Source of the DNA: Ginkgo biloba
Taxonomy: Eukaryota; Plantae; Ginkgophyta
Length of the DNA: 17,497 nucleotides
Assembly (NCBI GenBank): GCA_024626585.2
Contig: JANKJI020000002.1
Span: forward strand, 106,928,841-106,946,337
Direction: 5' to 3'
The position numbers were made by a program, and so were the translations under genes. Positions 1 to 9,330 of this stretch are shown here, piece after piece (within the stretch, counting starts at the first letter, position 1; each line of letters begins with the position of its first letter). Under the pieces are notes generated by a model. It ran no database searches. It was given only the letters and a program-made list of their open reading frames with translations, and had not been told where the DNA came from.

Positions 1-1344
1 ATTCATTCCAATTTATTCATACATTTTACTTCCTCATGTAACTATTAAATTCCAACTAAAATAATAAAAAATATATTTGTTTACATTATGTATACTTCCA
101 TAAATTTATTATTTATAAATGTGTATATTCTACTTTATGGATACATATGATTTATAATAACATTATATCATATCATATTCTTAATACTTAATATTCTTTA
201 TAAATGTTATTACTCACATTTATACATATGTCTATCTATATAGTATATTATACATGTTGCTCCTATTATTTTTTCCTTCATTACTTATTTAAACTTCTAT
301 GCATGGTATTTATGATATGTTCCCTTTAACGCATATGCGTAATCACCACTAGCATCAACCCATCTATATCGGTGTTGATATGCACTATAAGAAATTTCTA
401 CTCATTGTAATATATAGAAGAAAAACATTTGAGTAACAATGCTCCATCAAAATATTCATTTGTTCTAATAAGAACAATTCTAATGTAAACAATGGAACCA
501 TACATATGTTATCTTATTCATAACACTATTATTATTGGTCAATATATTGTATAGGGTGATATTCTCAACATGAAAGATCATAATTGGCATGGATATGGTA
601 TTACATGGAATGGTCTCATCTAATATTTTTAGTGACATTTGATTATTTGATAGATTTATATATATATATGAGTAAGCAATGATGGTCAAGAGAGATAAGT
701 CCTCATTATCATGGTTTATCTAATCCTTCGACCTTTATGAGAAAATTACACAATCCATGTGGAATAGTATAGGAAGTTGGAAGCATAAGGGAGGGAGATC
801 AATGATGCACAAGTAATCTTCTATATTTTTAAATTCCTTAATTCCCTTTCACATATCCTATATATGTATAAGAATTTATGACTTTTATAATGTAACTTAA
901 TAAGGGTAAATGTGGAGTAGTCTCATAGTGGCACAATCATGTACTTTTCTATACACAGCTCAAATATAGATATAAAGTCTATTTTAGAAATGAAATAATA
1001 TCGAGNNNNNNNNNNNNNNNNNNNNNNNNNNNNNNNNNNNNNNNNNNNNNNNNNNNNNNNNNNNNNNNNNNNNNNNNNNNNNNNNNNNNNNNNNNNNNNN
1101 NNNNNCAAACTAACTAATTTCCTTCCACCCTCCATGAAACCAAGCTTTTTCATATAGTTTAATGCAATATACCATGGGAATCCATGGAAGAGTATTTTTA
1201 CCATGTGTGGTAAAAATTTGCCAAATTATATGTTTACTCTTTTTTGGAATTTTCTTTTGGGGGGGATTTATGTGTCACCAAAATGCCCTTCTAAAATGTG
1301 AGGGAAGTAGAAGATTGGATGGCCAAAATACTTCAATACAAAAT

Positions 1345-1421
1345 ACTCCAAACCAATTATGGGGTCTAGTGTCTGACCCAAATTTGCTTTTCGATTCCAA
1401 ACCAACTGTGGGGTCTAGTGT
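1345..1421. repeat. 27-bp direct repeat, ~50-bp period
   Basis: TCCAAACCAATTATGGGGTCTAGTGTC and TCCAAACCAACTGTGGGGTCTAGTGTC are 25/27 identical, and are flanked by repeated CAAAATACT(C/T)CA words. Confidence 0.85.
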
Positions 1422-3049
1422 CAGAATTCTTTACCAAAATACTCCACTTTTGATGATGATGATGTAGTGCAAAGAGGGGATAGATCACTCAAGTGACCAA
1501 TTCACACTTACAAAACATAAATCCTTATTCTCTTCTATTTGCATTTATTTCTTGTCTATAAGTTTATGATTCTTATAAGGATGGCATCATATCTTTAAAT
1601 TTTCTTAAGAATCTTCCTTATTACCTTTAGCAATAAATTGAAGTCACTTTTAAAAAAATTATTTTATGCTGTTTATGATTGCCATCATTGGGAGGCATTC
1701 AATTATTTAATTGTTACTATTTGTATCCCTTAATGAGACCAACAGACCTTAAATATCATATAGACCCCTCCTTCACATATGTAATTGTGGCCCTTTCATT
1801 GGCCTCCACCTATTCAGAGTCTCCCCCAAGCTTACTTTTACCCATTTTTAATAAGAGGGATCACAATGTTCCATGCCTTTGTTCAAATCTATGTCATTCC
1901 TCTTTTTTAGAAAGAGGCCTTCTTCTCTAATTGCATAAGAATCTATCCATCCTTCATAAGTCACGTTCCTTCATTGGTGATTTTAATTGGTCTTTATTGA
2001 TTAACCATTCCTCATCCCTTTGAAACTCTCACATTAATATCATTTCTTTGCCTTTGCTTAATATCTTGCCTTTGATCCTTTCTCTCTTCCAACTTCTTTT
2101 CTTGGATAATTTTTGCACTAATTTATGTTGAGTTTTAGAGAGTACCCTCCTTTCTTTACATATAATGAGAAGGTAAGTTTATTTTTTTCCTTGATAGAAG
2201 CTTAATCGAGGTGTTTCATCCTGTGTACAAATCCTCCTCCTCAATCTTCTTGTTTGAAATTTATCGTTATTGCATCACTTCTTAGCAGTGTTGGTGGGAT
2301 TTATTATAAACTTGATTTAATAATGTCCTCTCATCTTAGAAATTTCATCTTTAGCAATTTATTGTTCTTATCTCCCATAAATTGGATTGATTTGATGTGG
2401 TATAAGTGTGGCCTGATTCCATGTGNNNNNNNNNNNNNNNNNNNNNNNNNNNNNNNNNNNNNNNNNNNNNNNNNNNNNNNNNNNNNNNNNNNNNNNNNNN
2501 NNNNNNNNNNNNNNNNNNNNNNNNNTGAAAGAATTATCTTTCAAGTCTTATCTTTCATTTTTCATCTAGTGTTGTTCATTGAAAGTGATAAAGTTTGAAA
2601 TGAGTTATTGGGTGATCGAGAAATTCAAGTTGCTTAGCTGTCATCCAGTAGTTGATATACCAAATCAGGCCACTACCTTTGTCCTAAGCAATCGTAGTCT
2701 ATCCCAGACTCATTCTACTCTCCCATGTCTTGCTAATTGAATTTGGACTGGCTGGCTCTTGCCATTGTACCAACTCCAATAATAAATGGTGCAGAATTGA
2801 TTCCTCCCCTCTCATTATTTTGAGTTCTTCTTTACCCCTTTTCTTAACCATTTCATGAGGTGTGAATAACTAATATTTTTGTTTCATAAAATTACCTCCC
2901 TACTCATTTGTCACATGTTTATTCACTTTAACTAACTGTAGTTGAATTTCTAGTATTCTTTATTCTTTGCAAATAAGGGGACCGCCCCTATAAGTCGGAG
3001 AGCGTAAGCTCCTTACTGTTGCATCGAGCTCATACCTCTCTTTGTGTTG

Positions 3050-3545
3050 CAGACTAAAGCCTTATCCACCACAAGTACCCATCCACACGTCAACATATTC
3101 TTCTCTACATAGATGCTTGAAACACTAGTTCCAATGCCATCTTCACTTTTATACAAGTGCTATGATTGACCCTATTGGTTATATGAGTGATTTTATGTCT
3201 AAAAACAAGAGAAATTACTCTGGTGTTTTGAAGGAGTCTTAGCTATTATATGGGCATTAAATAAAGCACATTCTTACTTACAGGGACCCCAAAGTATTAT
3301 TTCTATTGATCATACAAGCCTAATACATATGTTCACCATGAGAGAGTAAAAGTTATGTCTTGCTCGTTGGGTTCTTACCCTTCAAGGATATGATTTTCAA
3401 GTTTATTATCAACCTAGAAGCCATTGCCTTATTAAGAGATATCCCTACCACCCAATCTACAATGAGTGTGACTTTAGTTCTCTCCTCTATATATAAGCTC
3501 AAAGAAGCTCGATCGTTAGACCCTATAATGTTTTATATCCTCTAA
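3050..3545 (+). pseudogene. Degenerate Ty3/gypsy pol fragment: RNase H domain plus downstream linker
   Basis: Manual + strand translation across frameshifts and stops: LYIDA* (3106-3120) ... PIGYMSDFMSKNKRNYSGVLKE / LAIIWALNKAHSYLQG ... IDHTSLIHMFTMRE*KLCLARWVLTLQGYDFQVYYQP / AIALLR ... LKEARSLDP. This follows the gypsy RNase H motif order TDAS, PIAY.SR.L...E.NY, ELLAIVWAL, TDH..L, RLARW.L.LQ.YDF, ADALSR. Only the last part appears in ORF 3360..3545. Confidence 0.88.
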
Positions 3546-4148
3546 GAATTACATCTTTTTCTTACTTCACCTTTTGCTTTTTTGTTTTTTACAACATTGT
3601 TAACCAACAAATAATCTTCCTTACATTATCCAAAGGAATCAATCAACAACTTAAACACGTCCTGTGCTCTTTGAAATATAATGCATGAAAGTTTTACATG
3701 AACATGCTTAAGCTAGGTGCTTGAGACTCAACAATTTTTTGTAGAAGCTTTGTTAATATTTTGTCTTACTTGAACTTTGTCATGACCTTTAAGACTTCCT
3801 TTGAAGATGTCCTTCTTTCCAATCTTTCAAGTCACCCAAAGTTTGCCTAGTTTCAACACCTTGAACCTATTTCTATTATGAAAATTTTGAACTCATTGCC
3901 TATGATATTGTTGGACCCTTTCCCACATCCATCTTTATAATTTTTTTTTTATCATTGTTCGTACTCAATATCTAACTCAATAGGATAAAGTTAAAGTCAT
4001 TCCTTTATTAGATCCCAATGAGTTCTAACTTGAAATTGGTTTTTTCCATTCATATCCCTCTTGTATACTTTTCAATTGAGGCACAAGTTTCAAGTTGTAA
4101 GTAATACATATTGTTACTTAATGTATTCACNNNNNNNNNNNNNNNTAC

Positions 4149-4364
4149 TATTATAGCCCCCAAAAGCTAGGTTGATAATGTATTGTTAATCGATTTAGAA
4201 CCAAAGATATCTTTGGAGGCAAGAGCATGCATTTTGCATTTATTGGTTAGCATTCTACAAGAGGTTATTTTAAGAAAGAAAGGTAAGAAGAGATTACCTA
4301 GGGAGATGTGCCAATTAAGGATGCCTCTATACACAATGTAATTTTAGTGATGAATTAACCACTA
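4149..4364 (+). mobile_element. LTR terminal fragment, family A copy 1
   Basis: Begins TATTATAGCCC (decayed TGTTATAGCCC). It aligns by eye with the reverse complement of 14549-14666, sharing the blocks TTATAGCCC..AAAGC, TCT.T.GAGGC, CATGCATTTTGCA and A.GTTAT. Truncated by the gap at 4365. Confidence 0.55.
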
Positions 4365-4464
4365 NNNNNNNNNNNNNNNNNNNNNNNNNNNNNNNNNNNN
4401 NNNNNNNNNNNNNNNNNNNNNNNNNNNNNNNNNNNNNNNNNNNNNNNNNNNNNNNNNNNNNNNN

Positions 4465-5168
4465 GGCGGCAAAGGGGACTATGGTAGAGGATTAGAACAA
4501 ATAGAATGAATCTACTAACTAATTGAACCAATAGTATGAAATTACCTCAATTTCCCTCCCCTTGGTGATCCAAACCAAGCCCTATTTATAGGGTTCTGGG
4601 TTGGTCCAAGCCTATAAATTGACCTATAAAACGAAAGACACCTCACAACTTCATCCAATCGAATTGCTTTAGTTAGGGAAGTTAGGACCGACCGAAAACT
4701 TGTTGGGAATGGCCATAACTGCCTAAATTTTATTTTTTATTTTTTTCCTATCGGATTTTGTGCTCGTCACTTATTTGCGCACAGTTACAAAGGTTAGTTG
4801 CTTACTAGCGTGCAATTGAGCGACTAGTTGCTCAATAATGCGCATTTAGGCTGCAGTAGTACTTTGTAGATGAAAATATTGTTTGGTTGGGAGAAAAAGG
4901 TGGCAAGCTGGATTTGGACGAGATGAAGTGTTGGAAGGATTGGGAGGCTGGAAAACCTTGTCAGAAGTTGGCAGGGATGACAGAGTCTTGTAGGAAAACA
5001 TAATGAGATACCTCATTTTATTAATTGTGGATAAAAAATTACATGATGGGCGCTCAAAGGTGCGATTATTGCATTTTTGGTCCTAATCTACCCCATGATG
5101 CTATCTCGAGAGTCACATGCGATCTCTCATTACATAAATTGATCGAAAAATCCCTTATTTATATTACA
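4465..5168 (-). mobile_element. LTR fragment inserted into the adjacent gypsy RT
   Basis: On the minus strand, RT homology stops at ...IYPIFYS (5169) and is immediately followed by TGTAATATAAAT, a TG-type LTR terminus. A typical plant LTR TATA context, CCCTATAAATAGGG, lies at 4580-4593 on the same strand. The other end is lost in the gap. Confidence 0.6.
4580..4593 (-). promoter_or_regulatory. LTR TATA box (CCTATAAATAGG)
   Basis: Direct motif match inside the putative LTR 4465-5168. This context is common in plant LTR U3 regions. Confidence 0.5.
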
Positions 5169-5944
5169 ACTATAAAAAATTGGATAGATCATCCTCATTG
5201 TCAGCAACTTCTCTAGTTCCTCTTTGACAATCTGCATTATCAACGGATTAAGTCGCCTTTGAGATTCGAGGTTGATGAATTAGCTTGGCATCTTCTTTTG
5301 TGAAAATATAATGTTGATAGATAGAAGTATCAATCACCTTTAAATCTATATGATTCTAGGCGAAAACTCCTTGATAACTACCAAGTAACTGATGAACCTG
5401 TTGAACTTGATTAGGAGTCAAGTCCTTTCCAACAAACAACGTTCACCCCTCCTCGAACTCTAGCAATTGAACATCCAATTGGGTACTTGTAATTGAAGTC
5501 TGAACCTTTTTCTGAGAGGATTGAAGAAGGTCTTCAGAAGGATCAGACTTATCATCCTATAGGAGTTGAGTTACCTAAGCATTTTCATCATTCAACTGCA
5601 ATGAGTCTATAACTTCTATCGCCATGGTTTGCTAAAATTGTTCCTCATCTTTAGCATTCCAATTGGACATTAAAAATTGATAACCTTCTATATCCTCTTC
5701 CGAATCTTCATCTTTGGATTCAATCCACTAAGGTGGATTAGAGGAAGGTGCTTTTATTGGTTGGGCGACTTTGAATAATGTTAGGTATCTTTGCTTCATA
5801 CCATGAGCAATAGTCATTTGACCTATTCTATAAGCAATAATAGCATCGACTGTGGCTAGCCATGGTCTGCCTAAAATGATGGGATACCCTTTGTTGACTG
5901 CTTCTGGAACATTTACTGTAGCAAGGTCAACATTCCCGATGTGT
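5169..5944 (-). pseudogene. Degenerate non-chromovirus Ty3/gypsy (Athila/Tat-related) pol fragment: aspartic protease C-terminus, acidic linker, RT N-terminus
   Basis: Minus-strand translation: GYPIILGRPWLATVDAIIAYRIGQMTIAHG (GYPIILGRPWLAT at 5889-5851, the protease ILGRPWL motif) ... acidic linker ... LFVGKDLTPNQVQQVHQLLGSYQGVFA*NHIDLKVIDTSIYQHYIFTKEDAKLIHQP / QRRLNPLIMQIVKEELEKLLTMRMIYPI. Contains several in-frame stops and one frameshift. Absent from the ORF track. Confidence 0.92.
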
Positions 5945-7025
5945 NNNNNNNNNNNNNNNNNNNNNNNNNNNNNNNNNNNNNNNNNNNNNNNNNNNNNNNN
6001 NNNNNNNNNNNNNNNNNNNNNNNNNNNNNNNNNNNNNNNNNNNNTGCATTTGCGGCATTATGACAATTGCACAAATAATTTTAACATAATATGCCATTGA
6101 AAATTATATATATGATACATAATGACGTATATTATAACAAAAGACCAACTGTCAATTTTATTTATACTAAAACTCTTGATATATGGTAGTGCATTGAAAT
6201 AAACCACCCAAAATAAGAGCCACTAGGAGATTATAGATAAGTCAATGATTACTTATATGTTATTAGTGTTTACTATGCGAAATACTTAAATCCAATGTCC
6301 ATTCCTATCACAAGGAATAATAAATGAATCCAATGTTCCTCCCTACTAGAGAAAGGAGAATAAATATAACCAACTAAATGGTTGCTCATAATAAAATGCA
6401 AGAAATTAGCTAATCCAGTCAAACCATAGAAATAACATTATCTGACATTCTTAAGAATGTATCTTTCAATAATGACTTTATATTTTGATACGCCTAACCT
6501 CCCTTTATCCCATCCTTTTTCTTCCTCACTAACCAAAGATTTAAAGTAAAACAACTGCTTTCTCACCCCGCTACTTTGAGAATCCATCGTTTTACAACCT
6601 ATCTTAAAAAGGTATGTATAATAAAAAAGTTGAAGGCAAGCTACCTACAAGAAAATTTGTAGGTAACTTATCTCACACCCTTTTTTAAGACAAGTTACAC
6701 AGGAATGGCTACTTTACACAAATCAGTTGAAGACTCACAATTTGGACCATTTCTTACAGATAACTAAAATAACATGGCATTAGAACACAGGTTTATATTT
6801 GGATTACACCATAATATCTAGGACAAAGTATAACTCATCACCACCTCTTCAACTAGACCCTTACCTAGGTCAACAGATCCTAGAAAGTATCAACCACAAG
6901 CCCCAAATCTAGTAGAACTAAATCTTCTTATCTCTTAACCTCTTGACATCCTGACCATGATACCATACTTGGTAATCCATGCACCTCAACATCAATCTCA
7001 ATATAAAGAACATAGCATACCTTGG

Positions 7026-7037
7026 GCTCTAATACCA
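7026..7037 (-). promoter_or_regulatory. Primer-binding site complementary to tRNA-iMet 3' end
   Basis: Minus strand TGGTATTAGAGC is an 11/12 match to the canonical plant PBS TGGTATCAGAGC, and lies 2 nt after the LTR end ...TTACA (7040). Confidence 0.85.
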
Positions 7038-7068
7038 TTTGTAACACTTGTGCCACACATTAGCACTA

Positions 7069-7130
7069 CTTTCCAAGAGGTCATCCATCCTAGTATACGC
7101 TAAAGTGACTGCACTTAATCGAGGAGTTCT
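7069..7130 (-). other. 5S rRNA-derived segment (A-box/IE/C-box region) within LTR; not a functional 5S gene
   Basis: Minus strand AGAACTCCTCGATTAAGTGCAGTCACTTTAGCGTATACTAGGATGGATGACCTCTTGGAAAG versus plant 5S (recalled consensus) AGAACTCCGCAGTTAAGCGTGCTTGGGCGAGAGTAGTACTAGGATGGGTGACCTCCTGGGAAG. The 5S 5' and 3' ends are absent. Confidence 0.8.
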
Positions 7131-7321
7131 TATCTTGAAGCATCTTGAACAAATCCCCCAAAAGACATATAGTTGTTGTACTCAGCTCACTATTGTGTTT
7201 TTCTAATAAAAACAACAAGGGTCATTAGAACTAGTTGACTTGGAGCAATTATGCAAGGTACTATGAAGCCTAATACCAACTTAAGAAGCCATTGAGGCTT
7301 GTGGAGGGCTATAGACCCATT

Positions 7322-7419
7322 TGTAACAACCCGCTTCCCTAGAAACAACAACAATAATAAAATACATAAGTAAAGAGCAAAAACATCTACCACTTCAACT
7401 AACAATTATTTATTCATGT
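7322..7419. mobile_element. Probable LTR terminus (TGTAACAACCCG...) running into the gap
   Basis: A TGTAAC(A)ACCC terminus is typical of plant gypsy LTRs. No partner end is visible. Confidence 0.4.
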
Positions 7420-8717
7420 NNNNNNNNNNNNNNNNNNNNNNNNNNNNNNNNNNNNNNNNNNNNNNNNNNNNNNNNNNNNNNNNNNNNNNNNNNNNNNNNN
7501 NNNNNNNNNNNNNNNNNNNAAAGGAAGCAAAACTAGGTGAAGAACTATAATATACATAATAGAAAGCCAATATTTCATAAGACATCCTCAAGAAAAATAA
7601 GATTGGAGTGCTTAAATTCAAACAATTAATTCCAAATTAAAAAAAGTAGAATTTTCAAGGGGGTAGAGGGATCATAGTTTTAAAAATTTTGTTGAATGAG
7701 GATGTTCAAATATTATAATCAGCAATATGTTGGTGGAAGATTTGGATAAGATTTTGTTACAACCATAATAGTCATTAGTAGCAGAAACCATTTTTTTTTT
7801 TTAAATAGATCAGTAATCATCCGTAGTAGAAACACTTTGTTCATTTGTAAGCAAAGAAATAATCATTCACAAAAACTTTATTTGTTTATGAAAGATGCTT
7901 CTGACAAAAGGTTCTTTTTTCCAAGAATTAAAGCCAACAACTACTAAGGGCAACATAAGTCACATTTAACTATTGCTATGCAAGTAAAATTGTGCCGTCA
8001 GGGATTTTAACAGGAAGGTAGAAGTTTGAAGGCTCTCTATTGGATGCATTCGGCCAATCTTTAATGGGGTTCTTTGCTGAGGGCCCCCAAGTTTCATCAG
8101 GGATGCAACAGAACGACTGAATGTCAGTGCATGAAAAGCTTCTCTCTCTTTCCAAGTGTATGCAACTCCACTTCCTTGATTTATCCATTGGAGTGTTGGA
8201 CATTTTCCTGCTCTTGGTTGAGGTTTCATCATCTAAGAACATGGCGACTTGTTCTTTATTCGTGTCCTAGGTCTCATTTGGGTATTTTTTCTTGAGAAGA
8301 CATTTAGAAGGTATGCCTTTCCTAATCTCTTCCACAATATCCCACTATTTTTGACATAAAGATCCATCCCCCTTACAACATTATTGACATGGTTAATAAC
8401 ATGATCCCATTTCTCACAGTTTTCCTTTCTAGGATCTCACTCACATCATTACAATTTTTCATTGTTATTTTTCATTTCTCCATGATCTTATTGACTTCCA
8501 TTGAAATTTCTTCTAGGTGTTTCTTGGCCCCTTGTCCAATTTTATGGGTTGACATTTCCATTGATTGCGTGTTTTTGTAAGAGGCCGGTATTCTTTTGTT
8601 CAAAGTGATACCTCTAGTTTTACATGTGGCTAGACTGAAATCAGCTTTGGCAAGGATGAGAATCTCCTTGAACCCCTAAAATGATTTTCAATGTATTCAA
8701 GAAATATGAGTTCATCT

Positions 8718-8905
8718 CTATCCATTATCACCATACATCAACATTTCTTCCCAAGAGTTAATCCATCCTAGTACTACTCTAGGATGAGCATGCTTAATTG
8801 TGAAGTTTCATCTTTACATACCTTGGATCAACTCCCCAAGAGACCTATAGGTGCTGTATTTAAATTATCACTCTGTTCTTGTAGTAGTTACAATCTCCAC
8901 CCTTA
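8718..8905 (-). mobile_element. Cassandra-like LTR copy 2 (3' LTR, ~8718-8892) with PPT (8893-8905)
   Basis: Minus strand TAAGGGTGGAGAT (PPT) is directly followed by TGTAACTAC (LTR start at 8892). It is colinear with 7040-7214 both inside and outside the 5S block, e.g. CTTGGATCAACTCCCCAAGAGACCTATAGGTGCTGTA versus CTTGAACAAATCCCCCAAAAGACATATAGTTGTTGTA. The left boundary is approximate. Confidence 0.75.
8747..8807 (-). other. 5S rRNA-derived segment within LTR copy 2
   Basis: Minus strand AACTTCACAATTAAGCATGCTCATCCTAGAGTAGTACTAGGATGGATTAACTCTTGGGAAG. By hand count it is 48/61 identical and ungapped to the recalled plant 5S consensus, including the exact 18-mer AGAGTAGTACTAGGATGG. Confidence 0.88.
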
Positions 8906-9064
8906 GCAAGAGGCCTGTCCCTGCCTTACAACCCAACACATTTATGTAGGGGGGAAATTAAAAAAAAAGCAGTAATTGGAGCATGGATTTGCTATAGTTG
9001 TCCTTAGAACACTTTGTAGGATGATTTTTGCATCATATGTCAGCCTAGTAGGCACTAAAATATT

Positions 9065-9330
9065 TGTAATGCCCTAACGTAGTAGCCAAGTTGGCCCATA
9101 AGAGAAAATGGGGCTGTTAGGCATACCTAGAATCCAAAACACGGTGGTTAGCCTACCTAGAAGCCAAAATGGGACAATTAAGTCAACCCAAAGTCAAAAC
9201 TGGATACACTAGAGCCAACCTGTAATAGACTGCCTTCTAAACTTGCATTAGAAGATAGCTTAGGCTGTTGTGACCCAAGATAAACGTTTAAAAGATTAAA
9301 CTTAATGGTAAATACATAAATGAGATAATA
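9065..9330. mobile_element. Probable LTR fragment with internal ~31-bp degenerate repeats
   Basis: Starts TGTAATGCCC. Contains the repeats GTTAGGCATACCTAGAATCCAAAA (9116-9139) and GTTAGCCTACCTAGAAGCCAAAA (9147-9169). Runs into the 655-N gap. Confidence 0.45.

Larger units (their letters stand above)
6782..7214 (-). mobile_element. Cassandra-like TRIM, near complete: 5' LTR 7214-7040, PBS, ~190-bp internal region, putative PPT 6850-6837, partial 3' LTR 6836-6782
   Basis: The LTR ends ...GTGTTACA at 7040, followed by AA and the PBS TGGTATTAGAGC. The LTR contains a 5S rRNA-like block. The purine tract GAAGAGGTGGTGAT and 6836-6782 weakly resemble the PPT and LTR start of the second copy (8905-8840). 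The PPT and 3' LTR assignments are the weakest part of this call. Confidence 0.65.

Noticed and set aside
1-430. Very AT-rich stretch, possible organellar DNA or regulatory region
   Set aside because: No gene, tRNA or repeat structure recognised. Composition alone is not evidence.
425-465. Minus-strand EYFDGA resembling the Tat-lineage additional RNase H motif (YFDGA)
   Set aside because: No downstream RNase H motifs such as G.G or NN.AEY follow, so it is likely chance in AT-rich sequence.
1345-1421. CRISPR-like repeat-spacer-repeat
   Set aside because: Only two repeat units, no cas genes, and a plant retrotransposon context.
1500-2425. Purine-rich minus-strand tract, possibly decayed gag or other TE ORF
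   Set aside because: Frequent stops and no recognisable motif such as a CCHC knuckle. It cannot be assigned by eye.
2975-3050. GAGC-GTAA-GCTC GNRA-type hairpin, possible ribozyme or retrozyme
   Set aside because: No hammerhead core nearby, and a 4-bp stem is expected by chance.
3700-3830. Minus-strand DKILTKLL resembling the copia RNase H ADxxTK motif
   Set aside because: The upstream KHID..HF motif is not recognisable. Too weak without a profile search.
6289-6665. 38-bp-period degenerate duplication (6289-6365) and a 9-bp hairpin (6642-6665)
   Set aside because: Both are present, but they are isolated and unremarkable in decayed AT-rich TE DNA.
7069-8807. Functional 5S rRNA genes
   Set aside because: Only the ~61-nt internal part matches 5S. 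The 5' and 3' ends and the oligo-T terminator are missing, and the flanks are LTR-like.
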